Assembly (NCBI GenBank): GCA_947085095.1
Contig: CAMTVD010000014.1
Span: 32,001-96,000 of the forward strand
DNA length: 64,000 bases
Direction: 5' to 3'
Source of the DNA: an uncultured Thermus sp.
Lineage (GTDB): Bacteria > Deinococcota > Deinococci > Deinococcales > Thermaceae
Part shown: positions 1 to 13,288 of the stretch, piece by piece
How the letters are laid out: each line of letters starts with the position of its first letter
How positions within the stretch are numbered: the stretch's first letter is position 1
Notes under the pieces: model-generated
The model's input: only the letters and a program-made list of their open reading frames with translations
The model's database searches: none
What the model was told of the DNA's origin: nothing
Translations under genes and position numbers: made by a program

Positions 1-2
1 TC

Positions 3-437
3 CTGGACTGCGAGGCCTGCGGGGCGGTCCTCCGTCTCCTTTCCGATGGCACCCTGGAGGTGGTGGAGGTGCCCGAGGGGGCGGAGGAGCCCCTTTGGGG
101 CCTCGAGGCCTATGGGGAAGGGGACGAGGTGGTCCTGCGCTTTTCCGATGGCACCCTGGAGGAGGAGGTGCGCGTCCCTAAGGTGGCGCTTCTGGAGGCC
201 CTGAGGCGGTTAGAGGAAGAGGTGGGCGAGGAGCCTCCCAAGGAGGCGGAGGACGAGCCCAACCTGGAGCCCGACTACCTCACCGTGCACCTGGAAAGCG
301 ACCTGGGCCTTCTGGCCTTGCGGCGCGTCCGCTTTAGGGGTGCCCCCGACATCCTGGAGTTCACCCTGCCCTCGGGTTCCCTCTACGAGTTCTCCTTCCG
401 GGAGGCGGCGCAGATGCTCAGGCCCATCCTCCTTTGA
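3..437 (+). CDS. Hypothetical acidic protein, 5'-truncated by the window edge, with an N-terminal CxxC (zinc-ribbon-like) motif
   Basis: The frame is open from base 3 (LDCEACGAVLRLLSDGTLEVVEVP...). Its TGA stop overlaps the rsmI ATG. Confidence 0.7.
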   Translation: MDCEACGAVLRLLSDGTLEVVEVPEGAEEPLWGLEAYGEGDEVVLRFSDGTLEEEVRVPKVALLEALRRLEEEVGEEPPKEAEDEPNLEPDYLTVHLESDLGLLALRRVRFRGAPDILEFTLPSGSLYEFSFREAAQMLRPILL

Positions 438-1225
438 TGCGCCTGGTCCTGGTCCCCACCCCCATCGGCAACCTGGAGGACATCACCCTGAGGGCCCTTC
501 GGGTGCTGAGGGAGGCGGAGGTGGTGGCCTGCGAGGACACCCGGCGCACGGGGCTTCTCCTCCGCCACTACGGCATCCCCACCCCCACCCTGCGCCTGGA
601 CCAGCACACCCTGGACCGGGCTAAGGAACTCCTCGCCCCCTACGCCTACGTGGCCTACGCCACGGACGCGGGCACCCCCGGCATCTCCGACCCCGGGACG
701 GAGCTGGTGCGCCTGGCCTTAGAATGGGGCTGGCGGGTGGAAGCGCTTCCTGGCCCCACCGCCCTCATCCCCGCCCTGGTGGCCTCGGGGTTGCCCACCC
801 ACCCCTTCACCTTTGAGGGCTTCCTCCCCAAGGGGGGAAAGGAGCGGAAGGAGCGGCTTCAGGCCCTGGCCCGGGAAGGGAGGACCGCGGTGATCTACGA
901 AAGCCCCCATCGGCTCAGGAGGACCCTCCAAGACCTCCTGGAGGTCTACGGGGAGGACCACCCCGTGGCCGTGGCCCGGGAGCTTACCAAGATCCACGAG
1001 GAGGTCTTCCGGGGCAGGTTGCGGGAGGCCCTGGACCGCTTTTCCGAGCCCCGGGGGGAGTTTGTCCTGGTCCTGGGGCCCAAGAAGCCTCCCCCGCCTG
1101 AGGGCCAGAGGCTCCTTCGGGAGCTCAAAGCCCAGGGCCTTTCCGGAAAGGCCCTCTTCCGGGCCCTGGTGGCGGCGGGGGTACCCCGGAACGAGGCCTA
1201 CCGTTTGAGCATGGAGGAAGGATGA
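437..1225 (+). CDS. rsmI: 16S rRNA (cytidine1402-2'-O)-methyltransferase
   Basis: Motifs LVPTPIGNLEDIT, ACEDTRRT, DAGTPGISDPG, YESPHRL and ARELTKIHEE. Confidence 0.95.
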   Translation: MRLVLVPTPIGNLEDITLRALRVLREAEVVACEDTRRTGLLLRHYGIPTPTLRLDQHTLDRAKELLAPYAYVAYATDAGTPGISDPGTELVRLALEWGWRVEALPGPTALIPALVASGLPTHPFTFEGFLPKGGKERKERLQALAREGRTAVIYESPHRLRRTLQDLLEVYGEDHPVAVARELTKIHEEVFRGRLREALDRFSEPRGEFVLVLGPKKPPPPEGQRLLRELKAQGLSGKALFRALVAAGVPRNEAYRLSMEEG

Positions 1226-2190
1226 AGCGGATTGGGGTATTCACCAGCGGGGGGGATGCCCCCGGCATGAACGCGGCCATCCGGGCTGTGGTGCGCCAGG
1301 CCTACGCCCTGGGGATTGAGGTCATCGGCATCCGGCGGGGCTATGCGGGCATGATCCAGGGGGAGATGCTCCCCTTGGGAGTGCGGGACGTGGCCAACAT
1401 CCTGCAACGGGGAGGGACCATTCTCCTCACCGCCCGGAGCCAGGAGTTCTTCACCGAGGAGGGGCGGGCCAAGGCGGTGGCCAAGCTGAAGGCCGCAGGG
1501 ATTGAGGGTCTGGTGGCCATTGGGGGGGACGGCACCTTCCGCGGGGCCATGCGCCTCATTGAGGAGCACAAGGTCCCCGTGGTGGGGGTGCCGGGCACCA
1601 TTGACAACGACCTCTACGGCACCGACCACACCATCGGCTTTGACACGGCGGTGAACACCGCCCTGGAGGCCATAGACCGCATCCGGGACACCGCGGCCAG
1701 CCACGAAAGGGTCTTTTTCATTGAGGTCATGGGGCGGAACGCGGGCTTCATCGCCCTGGACGTGGGCCTGGCGGGGGGGGCGGAGGTGATCGCCCTGCCC
1801 GAGGAGCCCGTGGACCCCAAGGCCATCGCCCAGGGGCTTTTGGAGTCGCAGAAGCGAGGGAAGACCAGCTCCATCGTGGTGGTGGCGGAAGGGGCCTACC
1901 CCGGGGGGGCGGCGGGGCTTTTACTGGCCATCCAGGAGCACGTCAAGGTGGAGGCCCGGGTCACGGTCCTGGGCCACATCCAGCGGGGAGGGAGTCCCAC
2001 CGCCAGGGACCGCATCCTGGCGAGCCGCCTGGGGGCGGTGGCGGTGGAGGCCCTGGCCGGGGGGACGAGCGGGGTGATGGTGGGGGAGGTGGAGGGGGAG
2101 GTGGAGCTCACCCCCCTCAAGGAGGCGGTGGAGCGCAAGAAGGACATCAACCGCACCCTGCTCTCCCTATCGCGGGTGCTGGCCCTCTAG
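1222..2190 (+). CDS. pfkA: ATP-dependent 6-phosphofructokinase
   Basis: Motifs TSGGDAPGMNA, IGGDGT, PGTIDND, EVMGR and LGHIQRGG. Confidence 0.98.
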   Translation: MKRIGVFTSGGDAPGMNAAIRAVVRQAYALGIEVIGIRRGYAGMIQGEMLPLGVRDVANILQRGGTILLTARSQEFFTEEGRAKAVAKLKAAGIEGLVAIGGDGTFRGAMRLIEEHKVPVVGVPGTIDNDLYGTDHTIGFDTAVNTALEAIDRIRDTAASHERVFFIEVMGRNAGFIALDVGLAGGAEVIALPEEPVDPKAIAQGLLESQKRGKTSSIVVVAEGAYPGGAAGLLLAIQEHVKVEARVTVLGHIQRGGSPTARDRILASRLGAVAVEALAGGTSGVMVGEVEGEVELTPLKEAVERKKDINRTLLSLSRVLAL

Positions 2191-2628
2191 GGCAAGGGCC
2201 TTACGGAGCCAGGGGGTCTGCCAGGCCAGGCGGAAGACCTCGCGGGCGAAGGGGCTTTGGCTAACTCCTTGGTAGACGGGGGTGGGGAGGTTCACCGAGG
2301 GGTAGCGAAGGGTGCCCCCCACCGTTTCCCAGGGAAACCCGGTCCAGAGGCTCAAGGAGAGGAAAAGCCCGAGGAGAAAGCCCCCCAGGGTGCCCAGAAG
2401 GGCCTCGAGGCCCTGGGAAAGGGGGGGCAGGGGGAGGCTTTTTCCCAGAAGCCCCAGGAGGAGGCCAAGGCCCAAGCCCCACCAGGGTCCGGAAAGCCCA
2501 AACTGGGCCAGGGGAAGGTAGAGGAGCACCCCAAGCCCGGCGAAGGCCAGGGGAAGCCCCCCTCGGTAGCCCAAGGCGATCCCCAGGGCCAGGCTGAAGA
2601 GGGCCAAAAGGTCCACCCAGGTGAGCAT
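2167..2628 (-). CDS. Hypothetical membrane protein (CvpA-like N-terminus)
   Basis: Hydrophobic helices starting WVDLLALFSLALGIALGYRGG. A TAGACT -10-like box lies 6 nt before the ATG. Confidence 0.7.
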   Translation of the reverse strand: MLTWVDLLALFSLALGIALGYRGGLPLAFAGLGVLLYLPLAQFGLSGPWWGLGLGLLLGLLGKSLPLPPLSQGLEALLGTLGGFLLGLFLSLSLWTGFPWETVGGTLRYPSVNLPTPVYQGVSQSPFAREVFRLAWQTPWLRKALALEGQHPR

Positions 2629-2637
2629 GGCTAGAGT

Positions 2638-6705
<4,068 letters not shown>

Positions 6706-6756
6706 GGCGTCATGGTACGCTCTGGCCACCGGACAGGCCCCCGCCTTGGCGCCCCC

Positions 6757-7806
6757 TTACCTGACCGGGGCCCGAAGAAGGGCCAAAAAGGCCAGGGCCA
6801 TCCCCAGGCCCACGGCCAGGGGAAAGCTGTGGAGGAAGAGGGGGTAGAGGAGGCCCGCCAGGGTGCCCCCCAGGTAGAAGCCCGCCACGTAGGCCCCGCT
6901 CACCCCCGCCCCCCGCCTCCCCGCCGCTCCCGAGGCCAGGCTCTGGGCGGTGAAGAGGGCGGCCATCATGAGGACGAAGCCCAGGACCAGCCCGGGCGGG
7001 GGGAGAAGGAGGAGGGCCATCCCCAGGATGGTCCCCAAAAAGGCCAGGCGGAAGGTGGCCACGGGGCCAAACTTTCGGGAAAGCACCCCGGAGAGGGCGC
7101 TTCCCGGGATGCCGAAGAGGTAGGCCAGGTAAAGGAGGCCCACCTCCCCCGGCCCAAAGCCCATCTCCAGGAGGCGGTAGGGGAGGAGGTTGGCCAAAAA
7201 GAGGTTCAGGAAGAGGAGGATGCCCCCCACCAAATAGAGGGGCCAGGCCCTGAGGTCGTACCGGGGCGGGCCTAAAGGGGGCAGGCGGGAGGGGGTGCGG
7301 AGGAGGAAGAGGCCCAGCAGGAGGGCGGGCAGGGAGAGGAGGAGAAGGGCCCCTCGCGCCCCCACCCCCTCCGCCAAAAGCCCCGCCAACACCCGACCAA
7401 GCCCCCCGCCCAAGACGTTGCCCGCCATGTAGATGCCCGCCATCTCCAAAGCCCTCTGCGGGAAGAGCACGGGCACCAGGGCGATGGCCAAAGCGGGCAC
7501 CAGGGCTGCCCCCACCCCCTGGAGGAGGCGGGAAAAGGTCCAGAGGAAGAGGCTGGGGCTGAGGGCTCCCAAAAGCCCCCCAAGCCCCACCAGGAGGAGC
7601 CCCCCGCCCAGGATGACCCCCGCGGGCAGGGAAAGCCTCGGCACCAGGGGGGAGAGGAGGACCAGGAGGAGGAGGGGGAGGCCCACGCCCGGCCCCGCCG
7701 CCCCCGGGGGTGCGTCAAAGAGCTTCTCTATGAGGGGAAGGAGGGGGACCACGGCGTAAAGGGCGCTGTAGAGGGCCACCCCCGAGAGGAGCACGGCCAG
7801 GCCCAC
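6757..7806 (-). CDS. MFS transporter (YnfM-like)
   Basis: Many TM segments. Motifs RLLQGVG, GIYMAGNVLGGGLGR and YVAGFYLGG. Confidence 0.85.
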   Translation of the reverse strand: MGLAVLLSGVALYSALYAVVPLLPLIEKLFDAPPGAAGPGVGLPLLLLVLLSPLVPRLSLPAGVILGGGLLLVGLGGLLGALSPSLFLWTFSRLLQGVGAALVPALAIALVPVLFPQRALEMAGIYMAGNVLGGGLGRVLAGLLAEGVGARGALLLLSLPALLLGLFLLRTPSRLPPLGPPRYDLRAWPLYLVGGILLFLNLFLANLLPYRLLEMGFGPGEVGLLYLAYLFGIPGSALSGVLSRKFGPVATFRLAFLGTILGMALLLLPPPGLVLGFVLMMAALFTAQSLASGAAGRRGAGVSGAYVAGFYLGGTLAGLLYPLFLHSFPLAVGLGMALAFLALLRAPVR

Positions 7807-7823
7807 CCCCTTATCCTAGGCGT
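7807..7823. promoter_or_regulatory. Bidirectional promoter with overlapping -10 boxes serving two divergent leaderless genes
   Basis: TATCCT (+, 7812-7817) and TAGGAT (-, 7818-7813), each 6 nt from a start codon. Confidence 0.65.
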
Positions 7824-9944
7824 ATGCGGGCGCTGAAGGTGGCCCTTCCCCTGCCCCTTCCCCCCATGAGCTACCTGCCCCCCCTGGGGCAGGAGGGGGA
7901 GGCTCCCTTGGGCCTTCGGGTGGCCGTGCCCTGGCGGGGGGAGGTGCGGGTGGGGGTGGTGGTGGGAGAGGAGGAGGTGAGGCCGGGGCCCGGCCTGCGC
8001 CACGCCATCGCCTACCTGGACCAGAAGCCCTACCTGCGGGAGGAGGAGATCCGCTTTGCCGAGGAGGCCGCCCGCTACCTCTTCGCCCCCCTGGGCCAGG
8101 TCCTTTTGGACTTTCTCCCCCCTTTTCCCGAGCTTTCCCACCGGGTCCGCCTCTACCCCGGGGCCGACCCCAAGGTCCTGCCCCAGGGCCTCGAGGCCCT
8201 TTCCGAATGGCAGGAGGCCAAGGGCTACGACCCCAAGCTTTTGGACCTCTTGCGGGAGGCGGGGGTCCTGGAGGAGGCGGTGGCCTTCAAGGAGGGGAAG
8301 AGGGTCCTCCTCCCCCTCAAGGAGGCCCATCCCGATCCCGACCTGGACCGGGCCTTGCGGCTCCTTTGGGATATGGGCCACGCGGAGAGCCTTTCCGCCC
8401 TGGCCCGGGCCTCGGGGCTTGGGGTGCGGCGGGTGAAGCGCCTTCTGGAAGAGGGGTACGTGGGCTACGGCCACCCCCCGGAAGCCCGGGGAGAGGGGGG
8501 CGGGGTGGAGCCCCTCTTCCTCCCCGAAAGGCCCGAGCGGCTGAACGGGGGGCGGTTTTCCGAGAGGGTGCGCCTTCTCAAAGGGCTTGTGGCCCAGGGA
8601 GACCACCTGGTCCTCTTCCCCGAGGTGAGCCTCCTCCAGCGCTTCCTGGCCTTCTTCCCCGAAGCCCGGGCCTACCACGGGGGGCTTCCCCCAAGGGCGC
8701 GGGAGGCCCTTTTCCGCTTCCCCAGGGGCCTGGTCTTCGCCACCTATGGGGGGCTTCTTCTCCCCTTCACCCCGAGCTCCCTCGTGGTGGTGGAGGAGGG
8801 GAGCGAGAGCTACAAGCTGGCCTCGGGCACCCGGGCCTTCATCCCCCCCCTGGCCGAGCTCAGGGCCAGGCTCCTTGGCATCCCCCTCACCCACCTCTCC
8901 CTGGTGCCTTCGGTGGAGGTCCTGGAGCGGCCCGGCCTCACCTTCCCCGTGCCCAAGCCCAGGGTCATGGTCCTGGACCTGAGGCGGGAGAAGGGCTACC
9001 CCTTTGCGGGCCGGGCCCTGGCCCTTTTGCGGCAGGTGGAGGAAAAGGGCAGGCAGGCGGTGGTCCTGGCCGCCCGCAAGGGGTACAGCGCCCTCCTCCT
9101 ATGCGGCGACTGCGGCTACAAACCCACCTGCCCCAACTGCGCCCTTTCCTTGCGCTACTACCGGGAGGGGAGGGGCCGGCTCCTCTGCCACCAGTGCGGG
9201 CATGAGGAACCCCCACCCCTCCTCTGCCCGGAGTGCGGCTCCCCCCTTTTAGAGCCCAGGGGGCCGGGGCTGGAGTGGCTTTCCGAGGAGCTCAGGAGGC
9301 ACCTTTCCCTTCCCGTCCTCCGCTACGCCAAGGAGGGCAAGGACGACCTGAGTCCCCTTCTGGAGGGGAGGCCCGGGGTGGTGGTGGGCACCACGGCCAT
9401 CCTCAGGGGTCCGAGCCTCCCCGAGCTGGCCCTGGTCCTCCTGCCCTACGCCGACGGCTTCCTCTACGAGAGCGACTTCCGGGCGGCGGAGCGGTACCAC
9501 CGCCTCCTCTGGGCCCTCACGGAGCTCCGGCCCGGGCGAAGGCCCCTGCTCCTCCTCCAGACCTACACCCCCGACCACCCCGCCCACCAGGGGCTTCTGG
9601 AGGGGAGCGTGGAGGCCTTTCCCTGGGTGGAAAAGGCCCTGAGGGAGGCCTTAAACTACCCCCCCAAGGTGCGCATGGTGAAGCTGGAGGTGAGCCACCG
9701 CCGGGAGGAGCGGGCCCTCGAGGCCGCCTTCTTCCTGAGGGATGCCCTGAAGGGGGTGGCCCAGGAGGAGGAGGTCCTGGGGCCCGCCCCTGCCCCCGTG
9801 CCCCGGGTCAAGGGGGTCTTTGTCTACCACCTCCTCCTTCGGGGGAGCACGGGGCGCCTTTTGGAACTCCTCTCCCACCTGGACCGGCGGCGGGTTAAGC
9901 TGGACCCTGACCCCCACCGCTTCGTGGGGCTCCTGGAGGACTAG
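7824..9944 (+). CDS. priA: Primosomal protein N' (degenerate helicase motifs)
   Basis: N-terminal VAVPWRG 3'-binding domain, four CxxC pairs, DFRAAER, LLQTYTPDHP, YPP and GPAPAP. Confidence 0.9.
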   Translation: MRALKVALPLPLPPMSYLPPLGQEGEAPLGLRVAVPWRGEVRVGVVVGEEEVRPGPGLRHAIAYLDQKPYLREEEIRFAEEAARYLFAPLGQVLLDFLPPFPELSHRVRLYPGADPKVLPQGLEALSEWQEAKGYDPKLLDLLREAGVLEEAVAFKEGKRVLLPLKEAHPDPDLDRALRLLWDMGHAESLSALARASGLGVRRVKRLLEEGYVGYGHPPEARGEGGGVEPLFLPERPERLNGGRFSERVRLLKGLVAQGDHLVLFPEVSLLQRFLAFFPEARAYHGGLPPRAREALFRFPRGLVFATYGGLLLPFTPSSLVVVEEGSESYKLASGTRAFIPPLAELRARLLGIPLTHLSLVPSVEVLERPGLTFPVPKPRVMVLDLRREKGYPFAGRALALLRQVEEKGRQAVVLAARKGYSALLLCGDCGYKPTCPNCALSLRYYREGRGRLLCHQCGHEEPPPLLCPECGSPLLEPRGPGLEWLSEELRRHLSLPVLRYAKEGKDDLSPLLEGRPGVVVGTTAILRGPSLPELALVLLPYADGFLYESDFRAAERYHRLLWALTELRPGRRPLLLLQTYTPDHPAHQGLLEGSVEAFPWVEKALREALNYPPKVRMVKLEVSHRREERALEAAFFLRDALKGVAQEEEVLGPAPAPVPRVKGVFVYHLLLRGSTGRLLELLSHLDRRRVKLDPDPHRFVGLLED

Positions 9945-9946
9945 GC

Positions 9947-11029
9947 GTGCGGGACTACCCTTGGCGAGCCTGGATAGAGGTGGACCTGGATGCTCTTTGG
10001 GCCAACTACCTCCTCCTCAAGGCCAGGGCCCAGGGGGAGGTGATCCCTGTCCTCAAGGCGGACGCCTACGGCCACGGGGCCCTCCCCATCGCCCGCTTCC
10101 TGGAGGAAAAGGGGGTGGAGCGGTTCGCGGTGGCTACCCTCGCGGAGGGGAGGGCCCTCCGGGAAGGGGGAGTGAGGGGGGAGGTGCTCCTTTTGGGGAG
10201 CCTCCACCCCCTGGAGGCGGAGGAGGCCCTGAGGTGGGGCCTCACGCCCACCCTCTCCACCCTGGAGGCGGCGGAGGCCCTGGCCCAGAGGGCCCGCGCC
10301 CTGGGCCTCACCCCAAGGGCCCACCTCAAGGTGGACACGGGGATGAACCGGGTGGGCTTCCCGTGGGAGGAGGCCCTTTCCGCCCTGAGGGGCGTGGAGG
10401 CCCTGGGGGTGCGGGTGGAGGGGGTGTACAGCCACCTGGCCACGGCGGGGGAGGACGAGGCCTTCGTGGAGGTGCAACGGGGGCGGTTTCAGAGGGTGCG
10501 GGAGGCCCTGGGGCCAGGGTACTTCTACCACCTGGAAAACTCCTATGGCCTCCTCCTCCACGGGGGGGAAAACGCGCGGGTGGGCCTCGCCCTCTACGGC
10601 CTGGTGCCGGGGTTTGGCCTCAAGCCCATCCTCCGCCTCCTCGCTCGCCCCACCCTGGTGAAGCGCCTGAAGGCGGGGGACCGGGTAGGGTACGGGGGGG
10701 AGTACGTGGCCCAAGGGGGGGAGTGGCTCGCCACCCTGCCCGTGGGCTACGCCGATGGCCTTCCCCGGGGGGCGGTGCGTTTCGTGAGGGGGCCCCGTGG
10801 GGAGCTTTGCCCGGTGGCGGGGCGGATCTCCATGGACCAGACCACCGTGCTGCTAGGGGGGGCTGTGGGCCTCGAGGCGGTCTTTGAGGTCCTATCCCCC
10901 GGCTTCGGCCCCACGGGGCTCCTCGCCTGGGCCGAGGCCCGGGGCACCATCCCCTACGAGGTGGCCGTCCACCTCTCCCGCCGCCTGCCCCGGGTCTACC
11001 TCCTGGAGGGGGGGCGGTGGGGGGGCTAA
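9947..11029 (+). CDS. alr: Alanine racemase
   Basis: PLP motif VLKADAYGHG, plus HLKVDTGMNRVG, GYADG, GRISMDQ and TIPYE. Confidence 0.96.
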   Translation: MRDYPWRAWIEVDLDALWANYLLLKARAQGEVIPVLKADAYGHGALPIARFLEEKGVERFAVATLAEGRALREGGVRGEVLLLGSLHPLEAEEALRWGLTPTLSTLEAAEALAQRARALGLTPRAHLKVDTGMNRVGFPWEEALSALRGVEALGVRVEGVYSHLATAGEDEAFVEVQRGRFQRVREALGPGYFYHLENSYGLLLHGGENARVGLALYGLVPGFGLKPILRLLARPTLVKRLKAGDRVGYGGEYVAQGGEWLATLPVGYADGLPRGAVRFVRGPRGELCPVAGRISMDQTTVLLGGAVGLEAVFEVLSPGFGPTGLLAWAEARGTIPYEVAVHLSRRLPRVYLLEGGRWGG

Positions 11030-11038
11030 AGTGGGGGT

Positions 11039-11359
11039 GTGCAGGCCGTCCGCCTTTTCCAGGGGTATCTCTGGCATCCCAAGGAGGCTTTATTGGACCT
11101 GGCAAACCTCCTTCCCCAGGAGGTCCTAGGGGTGAGGCTCCTCCTGGACCCCGTCTCCCCGCCCACCCCCTTCTTTGAGGACGGCACCCCCACGGCCACC
11201 CAGGCCTTTTACCAGCTCACCCTCCTCCTCCTCACCGAAGAGCCCCCGGAGGCCCTAAAGCCTCTCGCCGCAAGCGTGGCGAAGGCCCTGGAGGCCCGTC
11301 TAAAGGCCCTCCCTCCCGGGGTGGGCTGGCTCCTTTTGGAGGACCTGAGGCCCCTCTAA
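11039..11359 (+). CDS. Conserved hypothetical protein (DUF3208-like)
   Basis: 106-aa ORF (LFQGYLWHP, PFFEDGTPT). TAAAGT box 6 nt before the GTG. Confidence 0.7.
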   Translation: MQAVRLFQGYLWHPKEALLDLANLLPQEVLGVRLLLDPVSPPTPFFEDGTPTATQAFYQLTLLLLTEEPPEALKPLAASVAKALEARLKALPPGVGWLLLEDLRPL

Positions 11360-12054
11360 CGTTTCCGCAGGAGGAAGGCCAGGATGAGGGAAACACCCCC
11401 CAGGGCGAAGGCCAGGAGGCTTTCCCGCCTCAGGTGAGGCCCCTTGGGCCAGAGGGGCCTAAGCACCCCGGTCTCGTAGGCCCGCACCTGATTCAGGGGG
11501 TCCTCCGCCAGGAGGTCCACCAGGGGAGGGCTTCCCGGGGGGGCCATGAGGGTCCAGGGGCCTCCATCGGGGCTCGTGGGGCGCAGGTACCAGGGGGCGA
11601 AGGGGTCAAAGAGGCCCACTCCCCCATAGACCCCGTACCGCCCGGGAGGAAGACCGGTGTCCACGAGGACCCAGTCCCCCTCCCTGGAGGCCTGGACCGG
11701 GCTCCTGTTGCCGCTTGGCTCCCGCCTTTCCGCCCCGAAGCCTGTGAGGACGTAGGCCACCTCCCAACCCTGTCCCTTAGGGGTGGAAAGGCCGGGAACC
11801 AGGGCTTCCTCCCCGCCCTCCGCCGTGTCCAGGAAGAGGGCCACCGTGGCCAGGCTGAAGCCCAAGGGGCCATCTAGGGGGTTGGGGTAACGGGCCAGGC
11901 GCACCTTGAGGACCAAACGCCCTTCCCGGGCCTCCCCGGCCACGGCCAGGAGGTCGGCGAAGCCTTCCCCCGCTTCCTGGTACAGGGCGGCCCGGGGGTA
12001 CTGGTGGGCCAAGCCCTGGTCGTCCCCTAGGGGGTCTTGGAAGAGGAAGAGCAC
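11356..12054 (-). CDS. Glucodextranase DOMON-like domain protein with a C-terminal membrane anchor
   Basis: DPLGDDQG...YP, NPLDGPLGFS and LFLDT resemble DOMON-like domains. Hydrophobic C-terminus ending RKR. Start inferred at GTG 12054. Confidence 0.7.
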   Translation of the reverse strand: MLFLFQDPLGDDQGLAHQYPRAALYQEAGEGFADLLAVAGEAREGRLVLKVRLARYPNPLDGPLGFSLATVALFLDTAEGGEEALVPGLSTPKGQGWEVAYVLTGFGAERREPSGNRSPVQASREGDWVLVDTGLPPGRYGVYGGVGLFDPFAPWYLRPTSPDGGPWTLMAPPGSPPLVDLLAEDPLNQVRAYETGVLRPLWPKGPHLRRESLLAFALGGVSLILAFLLRKR

Positions 12055-12061
12055 CCCACGT

Positions 12062-13288
12062 TTATACCAGCTTGAGGAGGGCCTCCACCACCTTCTTGGG
12101 GTCGTGCTGGGCCAGGGGGCCCTCCTCCCGGAAGTCCCCCTGGACCACCCGCACCCCGTCCACGGCGAAGGGCCGGGGGTCAAAGGCCACGGGGAAGCGC
12201 CCCTCGGCCCGGTAGCGGGCTAGGACCTCCTCGGGGATGGGGGCGGTGTGCACCAGGACCACCTCGGGCCGGCGGCCCAGGTGGTAGGCGATGGCCTTGT
12301 AGTGCTCATAGGCGGTGTAGGCGTCCGTCTCCCCGGGCTCGGTCATGAGGTTCACCACGTAGACCAGGGGGGCCCTGGCCCTCCCGATGGCCTCCTTTAG
12401 GGCCTGAGGAAGGAAGCTGGGGATGACGCTGGTGTAGAGGCTTCCCGGCCCCAGGACCAGGAGGTCCGCCCCCTGGACGGCCTTGAGGGCTTCGGCCATC
12501 ACCTCCTTCGGCTCTGGGACCAGGTAGACCTCCCGGATCTGCCCTCCTTTTTTTCGGATGGCCTCCTCCCCCTCCACCTCCTCCCCGTCCTGGAAGCGGG
12601 CCTTGAGGCGCACGGCCTCGGGGGTGGAAGGGAGGACCTGGCCCCGGAGGTTCAGGATGGCGTTGGCCTGACGGATGGCCTCGGCGAAGTCCCCGGAAAC
12701 CTGATTCAGGGTCACCAGGAAGAGGTTGCCGAAGGTGTGCCCCTTAAGCTCCCCCCGGTCAAAGCGGTAGGCCAGGAGCTTGGGCAGGGCCGGGTGGTCG
12801 GAGAGGGCGGCCAGGCAGTCCACCAAATCCCCCACCGCCGGCAGGCCGAAGGTGAGCCGGAGGCGGCCGGTGGAGCCCCCGTCGTCGGTGACGGCCACAA
12901 TACCCGTGGCGTTGGCGGTGTGCTCCTTGAGTCCCCGAAGCATCCGGGAGAGGCCCGTCCCCCCGCCGAAGGCCACCACCCGGGGGCCCTGCTCCAGCCT
13001 CCGCTTCACGTAGACCCTCTCCGGCACCTCCTCGGGCTCCGTGAGGGCCGAGAGGACGCTTCGGTTCATGGCCCGGATGCCCCCCAAAAGGAGGAGGAGG
13101 CCCAAGAGGGCCAGGGCCGGGCCAAGGGGCCCCTGAGGCAAGGAGGGGAGAAAGGGGGCGAGGCCAAAGGCCAGGAGCAAAACCCCAAGCCCCGCCACCA
13201 GAGCGTAGCGCTTGACCCGCATCCCCGGGTAGAGCCAGCGCAGGGCGGGGAAGTGGCGGAAAAGCCCTTCAGGCTTCCTTCTCCACAT
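12062..13288 (-). CDS. yvcK: YvcK/CofD-related gluconeogenesis factor with N-terminal TM helices
   Basis: Motifs GGGTGLS, VTDDGGSTGRLR, GHTFGNL, GPGSLYTS and NLMTEPGET. Adjacent to rapZ. Confidence 0.92.
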   Translation of the reverse strand: MWRRKPEGLFRHFPALRWLYPGMRVKRYALVAGLGVLLLAFGLAPFLPSLPQGPLGPALALLGLLLLLGGIRAMNRSVLSALTEPEEVPERVYVKRRLEQGPRVVAFGGGTGLSRMLRGLKEHTANATGIVAVTDDGGSTGRLRLTFGLPAVGDLVDCLAALSDHPALPKLLAYRFDRGELKGHTFGNLFLVTLNQVSGDFAEAIRQANAILNLRGQVLPSTPEAVRLKARFQDGEEVEGEEAIRKKGGQIREVYLVPEPKEVMAEALKAVQGADLLVLGPGSLYTSVIPSFLPQALKEAIGRARAPLVYVVNLMTEPGETDAYTAYEHYKAIAYHLGRRPEVVLVHTAPIPEEVLARYRAEGRFPVAFDPRPFAVDGVRVVQGDFREEGPLAQHDPKKVVEALLKLV

